This document shows, one piece after another, positions 1-7,914 of a stretch of 25,141 nt of DNA (the stretch's first letter is position 1; the number at the start of each line of letters is the position of its first letter). The DNA lies in the IMG/VR virus record IMGVR_UViG_3300020043_001571, positions 1 to 25,141 of that record; one strand, written 5' to 3'. Below the pieces are notes generated by a model. The model was not told where the DNA came from and searched no databases. It saw nothing but the letters and a program-made list of their open reading frames with translations. This DNA comes from a virus. Its lineage: Duplodnaviria; Caudoviricetes. Both the position numbers and the translations under genes were made by a program.

Positions 1-1
1 A

Positions 2-271
2 GATCAAAAAAGAGGTCGTCATTTGTACTGGACAAATTTTAACCTACCTAATAACATAAACGAGCGTAAAAACCCAGACTTGTCTAGAACAAAAGATTTA
101 ATAAATGCACTTTCTAAATACCACGATTATGATTTTAAAAAATACAAGGGAGAACAGCCAGTAAGAAAAATGGCACGCAACCTTGTTGATTATGAAGCTG
201 GCAAAACTATTTTTGAAACTGCTTTAGGTATAATTAATCAACCAAATACAACACAACCAAAACTATTTTAA
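2..271 (+). CDS. C-terminal part of a probable phage DNA (cytosine) methyltransferase, truncated by the window start
   Basis: Frame is open from base 2 (DQKRGRHLYWTNF...MARNLVDYEAGKTIFE). This resembles the C-terminal end of small Dcm-like phage methyltransferases. The catalytic motifs would lie outside the window. Confidence 0.55.
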   Translation, partial: DQKRGRHLYWTNFNLPNNINERKNPDLSRTKDLINALSKYHDYDFKKYKGEQPVRKMARNLVDYEAGKTIFETALGIINQPNTTQPKLF

Positions 272-790
272 ATGCCACGCTGTCGTAATTGTAAAGAAAA
301 GTTTATACCAGTAAAATTTAATGCTAAATTCTGCCTAAAAGACGAATGTATTAAGGCCTTTGTAGAAGAAGTAAAGACGGCTAGCTGGAAAAACACGAAG
401 AAGAAATGGACTAACGAACTAAAAACTACTAGCGACTGGCTCAAAGAAGCCCAGAAAGTCTTTAACTCCTACATAAGAAAACGCGACGAAGGTAAGCCGT
501 GCATTTCTTGTAACCAGCCACCAAAGAAAAAGAACTGCGGGCATTATTATAGTCAAGGTGGACATTCAAACGTCCGTTTTGACGAAGACAACTGTCACCT
601 ACAATGCGAACACTGCAACACTTTTTTATCTGGCAACCTACTTAACTATCAGATAGGCATAGAAAAACGGATAGGAGCAGACAAATTGATAGAACTACAA
701 GGGCGCGCCCACCTAGAAAAGCGCTGGAGTGTAGAAGAAGTAAAAGAAATAATATTCATTTACAAAGAAAAACTAAAAGAATTAAAATAA
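272..790 (+). CDS. ninG: NinG/Rap-family recombination endonuclease (HNH-like)
   Basis: N-terminal CxxC..C; AQKVFNSYIRKRD, PCISC, GHY, RFDEDNCHLQCEHCN, GNLLNY are typical lambda NinG motifs. Confidence 0.9.
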   Translation: MPRCRNCKEKFIPVKFNAKFCLKDECIKAFVEEVKTASWKNTKKKWTNELKTTSDWLKEAQKVFNSYIRKRDEGKPCISCNQPPKKKNCGHYYSQGGHSNVRFDEDNCHLQCEHCNTFLSGNLLNYQIGIEKRIGADKLIELQGRAHLEKRWSVEEVKEIIFIYKEKLKELK

Positions 791-823
791 TTTGCTTGTA
801 TATTAAAAATATGTATATATTTG
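791..823 (+). promoter_or_regulatory. Bacteroidetes housekeeping-type promoter (-33 TTTG, -7 TATATTTG)
   Basis: TTTG at 791-794, 21-nt spacer, TATATTTG at 816-823, in the intergenic gap before the ERF gene. Confidence 0.75.
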
Positions 824-853
824 CATATAGATAACGTTTAAAAACAAAACACT

Positions 854-1372
854 ATGAAACACTTATTTACAGCGCTTGCGGCTTTTCAGCAAGAAGTACC
901 AGTAATTCACAAAGGAACGCAAGGCTTCGGCTATTCCTATGCTGACTTACCAAAGATTTTCGAAGTAATTAACCCGCTTCTAAAAAAACACGGGCTAGGC
1001 TTTACCCAAGTACTAACGTCAGACGAAAACACGAACTACGTAAATACAATTATTTTCAATTGTGAAAGTGGCGAAAGTCTAGAAAGCAAATGCGCTATTC
1101 CTTACGTTCAGTTAAAGGGAATGAATGACTACCAAGCTTTCGGGTCTGGCGTAACTTATTACAGACGCTACGCACTTTCAGCGGCTCTAGGTCTAGTAAC
1201 AGACAAAGACACGGACGCAAGTGGCGAACAAGTTAAGAAACTACCTAGCATAGACGCTAAACGCTTTCAAGACGCACTTAAAGCAATAGCTGACGGCAAA
1301 GTAACAAAGGAAAAGATTACTAACGCCTTTCAATTAACGGAGTCACAAACAGAAATGCTTAACGCCCTATGA
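854..1372 (+). CDS. ERF-family single-strand annealing recombinase
   Basis: YSYADL..I...INPLLKKHGL and GSGVTYYRRYALSAALGL..DKDTD signatures. Confidence 0.9.
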   Translation: MKHLFTALAAFQQEVPVIHKGTQGFGYSYADLPKIFEVINPLLKKHGLGFTQVLTSDENTNYVNTIIFNCESGESLESKCAIPYVQLKGMNDYQAFGSGVTYYRRYALSAALGLVTDKDTDASGEQVKKLPSIDAKRFQDALKAIADGKVTKEKITNAFQLTESQTEMLNAL

Positions 1373-2049
1373 CTGCTTTTAAAATACGATGCTCGGCAAT
1401 AGGTAAAATAATGACTAACCCCCGTACAAAAGGGGAGTTATTAAGCCAAACGGCAAAGACCTACATAGAAGAAGAAGTCTTGCGTGCGAAATACGGCGTA
1501 ATTAAGCCGTTTTACAGCCGTTACACCGACAAAGGTAACCTAGTAGAAGGCGAAGCTATAGAAATGGCGTCTAACGCGCTAGAATTAGGTCTAATCTGGA
1601 AAAACGAAGAACACTTTACAAACGACTTCTTAACTGGAACTCCAGACGTAAACACGGACGGTATACTTTTAGACGTTAAGTCTAGCTGGGATGCCACTAC
1701 TTTTCCGTTTTTTGCTACAGAAATACCTACAAAAGACTACTATTACCAACTTCAAGGCTATATGGAGTTGACGGGTAAGACAAAAGCGCTTCTGGTTTAC
1801 TGCCTAGTTAACACCCCTATAGAAATGGTAGAAGACGAAATAAGACGCGCGCACTGGAACGCCCACCTATTAGAAGAAGACCTAGACCTTCGCGACGAAA
1901 TACTAAAGCGCCACGTATTCGACCACATACCACTAGGCCGACGCGTTAAAGTCTTTGAAGTAGAAAAAGACGAACAAGTAATAACCGAAATAAAAGACCG
2001 CGTCGAACTATGCCGCGAGTATTATAACACTTTATATAATTTCCTATGA
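1369..2049 (+). CDS. YqaJ/lambda-exonuclease-like PD-(D/E)XK nuclease
   Basis: RCSAIGKIM, GNLVE, GTPD..LLDVKSS, YYYQLQGYM; ATGA-coupled to ERF. Confidence 0.85.
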   Translation: MTAFKIRCSAIGKIMTNPRTKGELLSQTAKTYIEEEVLRAKYGVIKPFYSRYTDKGNLVEGEAIEMASNALELGLIWKNEEHFTNDFLTGTPDVNTDGILLDVKSSWDATTFPFFATEIPTKDYYYQLQGYMELTGKTKALLVYCLVNTPIEMVEDEIRRAHWNAHLLEEDLDLRDEILKRHVFDHIPLGRRVKVFEVEKDEQVITEIKDRVELCREYYNTLYNFL

Positions 2050-2303
2050 AACAAGAAGTAGAAGACCAGATAGTAAAAAGCGTGCTAGCAAAGTACGTCG
2101 AACGCTCAAACACGGGGTTAAAGAAGTACGGCACGCCATTAACACGAAACGACCTAACGTTAACAGACTGGATAAACCACTTACAAGAAGAACTTATGGA
2201 CGCCACGCTTTACCTTGAACGCATACAAAAGGACATAACGCTAGTAGAAATAGAAGCTTTCAGTAATGGTTACCGCGAAGCAATTAAAACACAAACTAAA
2301 TAA
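2046..2303 (+). CDS. Small conserved phage protein, possibly an all-alpha NTP pyrophosphohydrolase (MazG-like)
   Basis: GLKKYGT..R.DL...WINHLQEELMDATLY contains an EExxD acidic helix. Confidence 0.5.
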   Translation: MKQEVEDQIVKSVLAKYVERSNTGLKKYGTPLTRNDLTLTDWINHLQEELMDATLYLERIQKDITLVEIEAFSNGYREAIKTQTK

Positions 2304-2304
2304 T

Positions 2305-2496
2305 ATGAGTTACGAACTAATAGCAAAGCCCAACACTTGGGATAGGACATTTACTATTCGTTTAAAGTACACGAAAGGAATTGAAAAGTACCGAACCAAT
2401 AAACTAACAGAAGACGAATTTAAGGTAATGTCAACTTACACGCCTAAAGAATGGGAAATTTACCTAGATACGGCAGATAACTACAAAAAGATATGA
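2305..2496 (+). CDS. Hypothetical protein
   Basis: In-frame ATG at 2305, just after the upstream stop, is preferred over 2266. Confidence 0.65.
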   Translation: MSYELIAKPNTWDRTFTIRLKYTKGIEKYRTNKLTEDEFKVMSTYTPKEWEIYLDTADNYKKI

Positions 2497-2606
2497 AACT
2501 AGACAAAGAAAACAAACGCGAAGAAATGGCCGCTATTGGCACAATGATTTTAATAACCGCAATACTGACAGCGGTAACTTTGTCAGTAATTTTTAATATA
2601 TTCTAA
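2493..2606 (+). CDS. 37-aa single-pass membrane peptide (not in ORF track)
   Basis: MKLDKENKREEMAAIGTMILITAILTAVTLSVIFNIF; ATGA overlap upstream and stop abutting the ATG at 2607. Confidence 0.7.
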   Translation: MKLDKENKREEMAAIGTMILITAILTAVTLSVIFNIF

Positions 2607-2843
2607 ATGGAAAAGAAAAATAATTCTGGTGCAATCTTTAAAAACAACTACAAGCAAATGCCTAACCACCCAGACTACAAGGGTAACTGCGTAGTAAACG
2701 GTAAAGAAATGGACGTTGCGGTATGGATTAAGCAAACACAGAAAGGCGAAAGCTTCTTTTCGCTATCATTCAGCGAGCCGTACGTAGCACCCGAAAAAAT
2801 GGAACACAAGCCGCTAGTACCAAACGACGACCTACCTTTTTAA
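2607..2843 (+). CDS. Small SSB-like DNA-binding protein
   Basis: SGAIFKN..HPDYKG..W..FFSLS core and an SSB-type acidic tail NDDLPF. Confidence 0.65.
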   Translation: MEKKNNSGAIFKNNYKQMPNHPDYKGNCVVNGKEMDVAVWIKQTQKGESFFSLSFSEPYVAPEKMEHKPLVPNDDLPF

Positions 2844-2848
2844 AAGTT

Positions 2849-3049
2849 ATGAACATTAACGACACAGAACTACGTAACAAATTACGCGAGGTTTTAAGGT
2901 ACAAAACAAGAAACGAAATAGCAGAAGAAATAAAAGCCTATACTGGTAAGTTTCATCACTTTCAAATTGATAATTTCCTACAAGGTAAAGACGTTTCGTT
3001 AAAGACAGCCATAAAACTAGACGAGTATTTAATACGTCACGAACTTTAA
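2849..3049 (+). CDS. Small putative HTH protein
   Basis: 66 aa; TRNEIAEEI...IDNFLQGKDVSLKTAIKLDEYL resembles Cro/XRE-like helices. Confidence 0.5.
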   Translation: MNINDTELRNKLREVLRYKTRNEIAEEIKAYTGKFHHFQIDNFLQGKDVSLKTAIKLDEYLIRHEL

Positions 3050-3067
3050 ACTACTAACTACTACTAG

Positions 3068-3091
3068 AAGCCCCTTAATTGGGGCTTTTTT
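3068..3091 (+). terminator. Intrinsic terminator
   Basis: AAGCCCC-TTAATT-GGGGCTT followed by a T run. Confidence 0.85.
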
Positions 3092-3127
3092 GTTAACAAC
3101 TTGTTGAAATACAAATATAAATAACCT

Positions 3128-3135
3128 TACTTTTG
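3128..3135 (+). promoter_or_regulatory. Candidate Bacteroidetes -7 box (TACTTTTG)
   Basis: Matches TAnnTTTG; lies after the terminator and 3 nt before ATG 3139. Confidence 0.5.
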
Positions 3136-3138
3136 AGT

Positions 3139-3390
3139 ATGGAAATACTATTTTACATAGCGCTAGGCTGGTTTCTGGTAACGTTTGAACCTATCCAGCT
3201 ATTACTTGACTACATTTTTAGTAAGTTGCCGCTAAATTCCTTTACAATTTACATACACGCCGCTTTTGGCTGTCCTAAATGCGTGGGCTTTTGGTCTACG
3301 TGGTTACTTTCTGGCCAGTTTCTAGTCGCGTGTTTGGTTAGTTTGTCAACATACGCAATAGACTTATGCTTACAGAAGCTGAAAAAATAG
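3139..3390 (+). CDS. Hydrophobic membrane protein with CPKC motif
   Basis: Several hydrophobic segments; GCPKCVGFW. ATG 3139 is preferred to TTG 3133. Confidence 0.65.
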   Translation: MEILFYIALGWFLVTFEPIQLLLDYIFSKLPLNSFTIYIHAAFGCPKCVGFWSTWLLSGQFLVACLVSLSTYAIDLCLQKLKK

Positions 3391-3569
3391 AAATAGACGG
3401 ACTGCTAGAGCAAGTAACCCCCAACAGATTAAGTAAGCTACACTTAAAGAAGCTTCAAAAGATTAGGGTAAAAGTTACTGGCAAACAAGAAAACGGCTGT
3501 CTATGCGCAACGGCAGACAGATTAAAATTTTATAATGAGTTCCTTGTCTGGTATCAAAAACACGCTTGA
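3366..3569 (+). CDS. Hypothetical protein
   Basis: ORF in the operon; contains GCLC. Confidence 0.65.
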   Translation: MLTEAEKIEIDGLLEQVTPNRLSKLHLKKLQKIRVKVTGKQENGCLCATADRLKFYNEFLVWYQKHA

Positions 3570-4110
3570 CGCTTACATAAGTAAGAATTACGACGAAGTT
3601 AGGCGCTACACTAACCACTTACTGACGTCTTATAACAATTACAAGAATATTAAGCTGTCAATGTTAAAGGCCGACACCATTATAAACAACGCCTATTTAC
3701 ACGTCGTCACTATAGAAGCCGAAAAAACCGACGAAAACAGCGTAAAAAGCTACCTACTTAATAGTATAAAAATGCAGATACTATGGCCCACGTCGTTAAG
3801 CCACAAACAAGACGACTGCCATAGCCAAGAACCTATTATAGTAGACGAACCCGAAGACACGGACATTATAGACAAGATAGAAATAGAAGCCCGCTACAAC
3901 CTACGTAAGTACTGCATACAAAAATATATGTCAGAAGTCAAAGACCCAGTAGAAAAACGGATAGCAGAAGCCTATTTCATAGAAGAACGCCAAACCGCTA
4001 AAGCTATGGCCGACTTTTTCGACATTCCTAGAACGTCAGCCCATTATATGATTAGGAACTTGAAACAAAAACTTCGCGAACTCGAATATAGTTATAGATA
4101 TGTCAAGTAA
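3535..4110 (+). CDS. ECF/sigma-70-like RNA polymerase sigma factor (putative late regulator)
   Basis: 191 aa. Region 2-like (YDEVRRY..ADTIINNAYL..VKSYLLNSIK) and region 4-like HTH (EKRIAEAYF..TAKAMADFFDIPRTSAHYMIRNLKQKLRE). Lies before the packaging genes. Confidence 0.65.
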   Translation: MSSLSGIKNTLDAYISKNYDEVRRYTNHLLTSYNNYKNIKLSMLKADTIINNAYLHVVTIEAEKTDENSVKSYLLNSIKMQILWPTSLSHKQDDCHSQEPIIVDEPEDTDIIDKIEIEARYNLRKYCIQKYMSEVKDPVEKRIAEAYFIEERQTAKAMADFFDIPRTSAHYMIRNLKQKLRELEYSYRYVK

Positions 4111-4267
4111 AACGAGCATAGCAACGGGAGTAATTATAACGGCAATAGGTGTATTAATAGCCCTAGCCGAATTTAAACACGCACTTTTTGCAACTGGCGT
4201 GCTGGTTGCTATCGGTGGTATTTCGCAGATTATTGAAACTATTGAAAACACGAAAAATGAAAATTAA
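4100..4267 (+). CDS. 55-aa two-helix membrane protein (not in ORF track)
   Basis: MSSKTSIATGVIITAIGVLIALAEFKHALFATGVLVAIGGISQIIETIENTKNEN; fills the gap and overlaps both neighbours. Confidence 0.7.
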   Translation: MSSKTSIATGVIITAIGVLIALAEFKHALFATGVLVAIGGISQIIETIENTKNEN

Positions 4268-4523
4268 AGAAGAACACAAGGGTAAGACTATCATTACTTA
4301 CGATAGCGTACTAGGCCAGCGCCGAGTAGAAGTAGACAAAATAGACCCCAAACGCTTTACATATTACCAAAGCATAGGTCTAGGCTACTTATTCGAACCA
4401 GAAGCCAAAACAATTAGCTACACGGGAATAGACCAAGAAGTAGCGCAAGCTGACGCTGTAGAAGAACCGAAGCCAGTTATTAAGAAAACACGAAAACGCA
4501 GAAAAAATGCCGCAACCAATTAA
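4257..4523 (+). CDS. Hypothetical protein with basic C-terminal tail
   Basis: ATG 4257 (MKIKEEHKGK) has an A-rich leader and is preferred to 4188. Confidence 0.7.
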   Translation: MKIKEEHKGKTIITYDSVLGQRRVEVDKIDPKRFTYYQSIGLGYLFEPEAKTISYTGIDQEVAQADAVEEPKPVIKKTRKRRKNAATN

Positions 4524-4686
4524 AGGCGAAGGTAAAGACAAGTTCTTACAACGCTGTATGGCCGACGAAGAAAGCGTAGGAGCATTTCCAGAAGAAAGCC
4601 AACGCTATGCCGTATGCAATAGAGTATGGGACACACACAAACGCGAAGCTTTAAGCCGTTACGTTAAGTCACTTAAAAAGAAGTAA
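4507..4686 (+). CDS. 59-aa conserved-looking phage protein (not in ORF track)
   Basis: MPQPIKGEGKDKFLQRCMAD...FPEESQRYAVC..W; TAATG coupling to 4686. Confidence 0.75.
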   Translation: MPQPIKGEGKDKFLQRCMADEESVGAFPEESQRYAVCNRVWDTHKREALSRYVKSLKKK

Positions 4687-4880
4687 TGCCTTTTTACATT
4701 TTAGATATGGGCCACAAAATGTACACGCTAGGTAAGTGCATAGAACAAGAACTAGCTAAAGACGAAAACCACGTTATAGTGTACCTTTCTGATATGCCTA
4801 CTTTACTATGCGTAGAAGAACTAACAGAAGACCAATTTCTAGACCACTTTAAAAACACGAACACAAATGGGAAAACATAA
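4686..4880 (+). CDS. Hypothetical protein
   Basis: Translationally coupled ORF. Confidence 0.6.
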   Translation: MPFYILDMGHKMYTLGKCIEQELAKDENHVIVYLSDMPTLLCVEELTEDQFLDHFKNTNTNGKT

Positions 4881-5298
4881 ATACATAGAAACCCCAGAAA
4901 AGCTATGGGAAATGTTTAAGGAATACGCTACCTACGTAAAGACAAACCCAAGAACCATAGATAAAGCACTACAAAGCGGTAAAGTAGTACAAGAAAAGCT
5001 AGAAGTACCCCTAACAATGGAAGGCTTTGAAATTTGGTGCATCGAAAATTACAGCGACTGCCATCATTACTTCGATAATACGGACGGGAGATACTCCGAA
5101 TATGGGACAATCACTACGCGTATTAAGAAAGCAATCCGACGCGACCAAATCGAAGGCGGTATGGTTGGCCAATACAACCCGTCAATTACACAGCGTCTAA
5201 ATAACCTAACTGAAAAGACGGACGTAACCAGCAACGGCGAAAACATAAACGAAATAAAAATTTCTATTATTAGACCCGATACTAAAGAACTAGAGTAA
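4867..5298 (+). CDS. terS: Terminase small subunit (P22 gp3-like DNA-packaging protein)
   Basis: ETPEKLWEMF.EY, PLTMEGF, QIEGGMVGQYNPSITQRL; TAATG-coupled to TerL. Confidence 0.85.
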   Translation: MGKHKYIETPEKLWEMFKEYATYVKTNPRTIDKALQSGKVVQEKLEVPLTMEGFEIWCIENYSDCHHYFDNTDGRYSEYGTITTRIKKAIRRDQIEGGMVGQYNPSITQRLNNLTEKTDVTSNGENINEIKISIIRPDTKELE

Positions 5299-6449
5299 TG
5301 GACCTAAAGTCTACAATAGTATTCGAACGTAATTACGACGCGCTTTATAGTAATGAGGCGCGTTTTATCATTAACGAGGGTGGCTCACGTTCTAGTAAGA
5401 CATACTCGCTGTGTCAGCTTATAATGGTGTACTGTCTACAGAACCCGCACAAAGTTGTTTCAATCATTCGTAAGACATTCCCAGCGCTACGTGCTACAGC
5501 TATGCGCGACTTTCTAGAAGTACTTAAAGAAGCTGGTATCTACGACAAGGCTAGCCACAATATGAGCGAACATATCTACTCATTTCCGAACGGGTCTATA
5601 GTAGAGTTCTTTAGTGTGGACGACGAGCAAAAGATACGAGGGCGCAAGCGTGACATAGCGTGGTGTAATGAAGCAAACGAACTTTTCCACGACGACTTCA
5701 CGCAGTTAAATATGCGTACCGAAAACAAGTTAATCTTTGACTACAACCCTTCGGACTCTACAAGCTGGCTTTACGAACTACCAAAAGACGAAAGCATACT
5801 AATCAAAAGCACGTATAAGGATAACCCCTTTTTACCCGACAGCATCAAACGACAGATTGAAGACTTGAAACGTACAGACGAAGCGCTATACCAAATCTAT
5901 GCACTAGGCGAACACGCTATAAGTAAAAGCAATATCTATTCAAACTGGACATTCTTACCTCACAGACCCGCACGCTTCACGCAGTTTGTCTATGGCCTAG
6001 ACTTTGGTTATAACCACCCCACCGCTTTAATGCGCGTGTACTGGCACGAAAAAGACATATTCATAGAACCAGTAATATACGAAAGCTACCTAACCACTAC
6101 CAACCTAATAGACCGAATGGCTAGCCTAGACGTCGAAAAAGAAACGGAAATAATAGCCGACTACGCACGGCCCGAAATAATTGCAGAAATGAATAACGCG
6201 GGCTACAACGTACAGAACGCAAACAAGGTAGTCAAGAAAGGTATCGACAACGTTAAGACGTTTGGCGTGTTTGCTATGGCAGACAAGAACCTAGAAAAGG
6301 AATACCAAAACTATAAGTGGAAAAAGATAGCAGACCAAATAACTGACGAACCAGTAAAGCTATACGACGATGCTATGGACGCCGTAAGGTACGCGACTAC
6401 CTACATTAAAGAACAATACTTTACAGATGACAGCTACTTTGCTTTCTAA
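5298..6449 (+). CDS. terL: Terminase large subunit, PBSX-like
   Basis: Walker A GGSRSSKT, Walker B-like WCNEANE, DYNP, STYKDNPFL, GLDFGY, DDAMDAVRY. Confidence 0.95.
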   Translation: MDLKSTIVFERNYDALYSNEARFIINEGGSRSSKTYSLCQLIMVYCLQNPHKVVSIIRKTFPALRATAMRDFLEVLKEAGIYDKASHNMSEHIYSFPNGSIVEFFSVDDEQKIRGRKRDIAWCNEANELFHDDFTQLNMRTENKLIFDYNPSDSTSWLYELPKDESILIKSTYKDNPFLPDSIKRQIEDLKRTDEALYQIYALGEHAISKSNIYSNWTFLPHRPARFTQFVYGLDFGYNHPTALMRVYWHEKDIFIEPVIYESYLTTTNLIDRMASLDVEKETEIIADYARPEIIAEMNNAGYNVQNANKVVKKGIDNVKTFGVFAMADKNLEKEYQNYKWKKIADQITDEPVKLYDDAMDAVRYATTYIKEQYFTDDSYFAF

Positions 6450-6470
6450 ATAAAGACGGACCGCTTAAAT

Positions 6471-6483
6471 TAATATTGTTATG
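6471..6483 (+). promoter_or_regulatory. Repeated motif TAATATTGTTATG, copy 1
   Basis: One of five copies, each ending in a gene's ATG. Confidence 0.7.
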
Positions 6484-7914
6484 GCACAAACTACAATAGC
6501 ACAACCCCAAGACTTTACACCAGCATTTAACCAAGTAAAGTTCTTAATTGACAGCACCAACAAAAACCTAGACGGCTTCAAGTATATATTTGACGTTTAC
6601 GACGGGGCTACTCGCATAGGACGTTTTAAAACCCTACCTAGAATACTAGACGGCTATGGCGAACAAGACCTATCTAAATTCCTTACTAGCTATTTAAGCT
6701 GGGATTTCGAACCAAACGTAACTACAGACTACGTAGCCACAAATTGCTTGTTTCAATACGACGTTAAAGTAGGCGAAGAATACGTAGCGCAGTTTAGCTA
6801 TGGCAGTTCATTAAGTAACTCGGGTGGCTATGTACGCGTGAACGTTAACAACACCTTTACGACTGGCGACCAGATTAACATTGTACAAGCGGACGGCGGT
6901 GCGGCTAACCCACTTGTCGAAGGCTTGCACGTAGTAACCAACGCCACTAGTACCTACTTCGAAATAGGCGTGCTTTGGACTAGCGTAACTAACGCGGCAA
7001 TAGACGGCGTAGTAACATACGCAGATAACCGCAAAATAGCAACCTACGATATTACAGACTTAAGCGGCAAACAAGTATTTAACGGCGCTTTTCGTTGGGC
7101 AGACTTTCCAGACTACGACCAAACAGACTACGTACTTACCGCAAATACGAAGCTTTGGCTTACCAACCAACCTAGAACAAACTTTTACGCTACGCTAGGA
7201 CAAGACATTTGGCTAAACGCTAAAGCAAAGCCTAGTAAGAAAATAGTATTTGAGAATAGCAACGGGGACATATTGTACAAAAACACGGTAAGTACTGGCA
7301 GCATTCTAGGCATAGCTGTAGGCCCTAATAATCTAGGAACGCTTACCGCTAGTTCTGGAACGTTACCACTAATCAAAGACGACACAACTTACTACGAGTT
7401 CTGGTACGACGACAGCGGGCAAAAGTCTGTTAAGTACCGCGTAGATATTGACAGACGCGAAAGCATCGAAGAAGTAGATCTAGTCTTTTTGGATCGTATG
7501 GGGTCGATGTCTAGCTTTGCATTTCAGCTTAAGAACTACGAACGCGGCGAAGTACAACGCGACGAATATAACAAAGACGTGCAAGGCTTCGTAACTGGCG
7601 GCCAATGGAAATACGACACCCACGAATTTGGCTTTAACACCTACCAAGTAAACGCTACCAAAACGCTAGAGCTAAACACGAACTGGATGACAGACGAAAT
7701 GGCGCGCTACTTCGAAGAACTTATAACCAGCCCCCAATGCTTTATTAAGCGTGTTACCTACACTTGTCCAGACGGCCCGCTAGTAACAAGCACAGAATAC
7801 GTGCCAGTTATTGTAACGACAAACAGCTACGAAGTCTACAAGCAACGTAACAAAAACCTAATCAAACAAACGATAGTAGTTAAATACTCAAATAACGACG
7901 TAATAAATGGTTAA
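6481..7914 (+). CDS. Virion structural protein (distal tail/baseplate-like)
   Basis: 477 aa, beta-rich; FLDRMG..SSFAF and LNTNWMT..FEELITSP; tail context. Confidence 0.6.
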   Translation: MAQTTIAQPQDFTPAFNQVKFLIDSTNKNLDGFKYIFDVYDGATRIGRFKTLPRILDGYGEQDLSKFLTSYLSWDFEPNVTTDYVATNCLFQYDVKVGEEYVAQFSYGSSLSNSGGYVRVNVNNTFTTGDQINIVQADGGAANPLVEGLHVVTNATSTYFEIGVLWTSVTNAAIDGVVTYADNRKIATYDITDLSGKQVFNGAFRWADFPDYDQTDYVLTANTKLWLTNQPRTNFYATLGQDIWLNAKAKPSKKIVFENSNGDILYKNTVSTGSILGIAVGPNNLGTLTASSGTLPLIKDDTTYYEFWYDDSGQKSVKYRVDIDRRESIEEVDLVFLDRMGSMSSFAFQLKNYERGEVQRDEYNKDVQGFVTGGQWKYDTHEFGFNTYQVNATKTLELNTNWMTDEMARYFEELITSPQCFIKRVTYTCPDGPLVTSTEYVPVIVTTNSYEVYKQRNKNLIKQTIVVKYSNNDVING

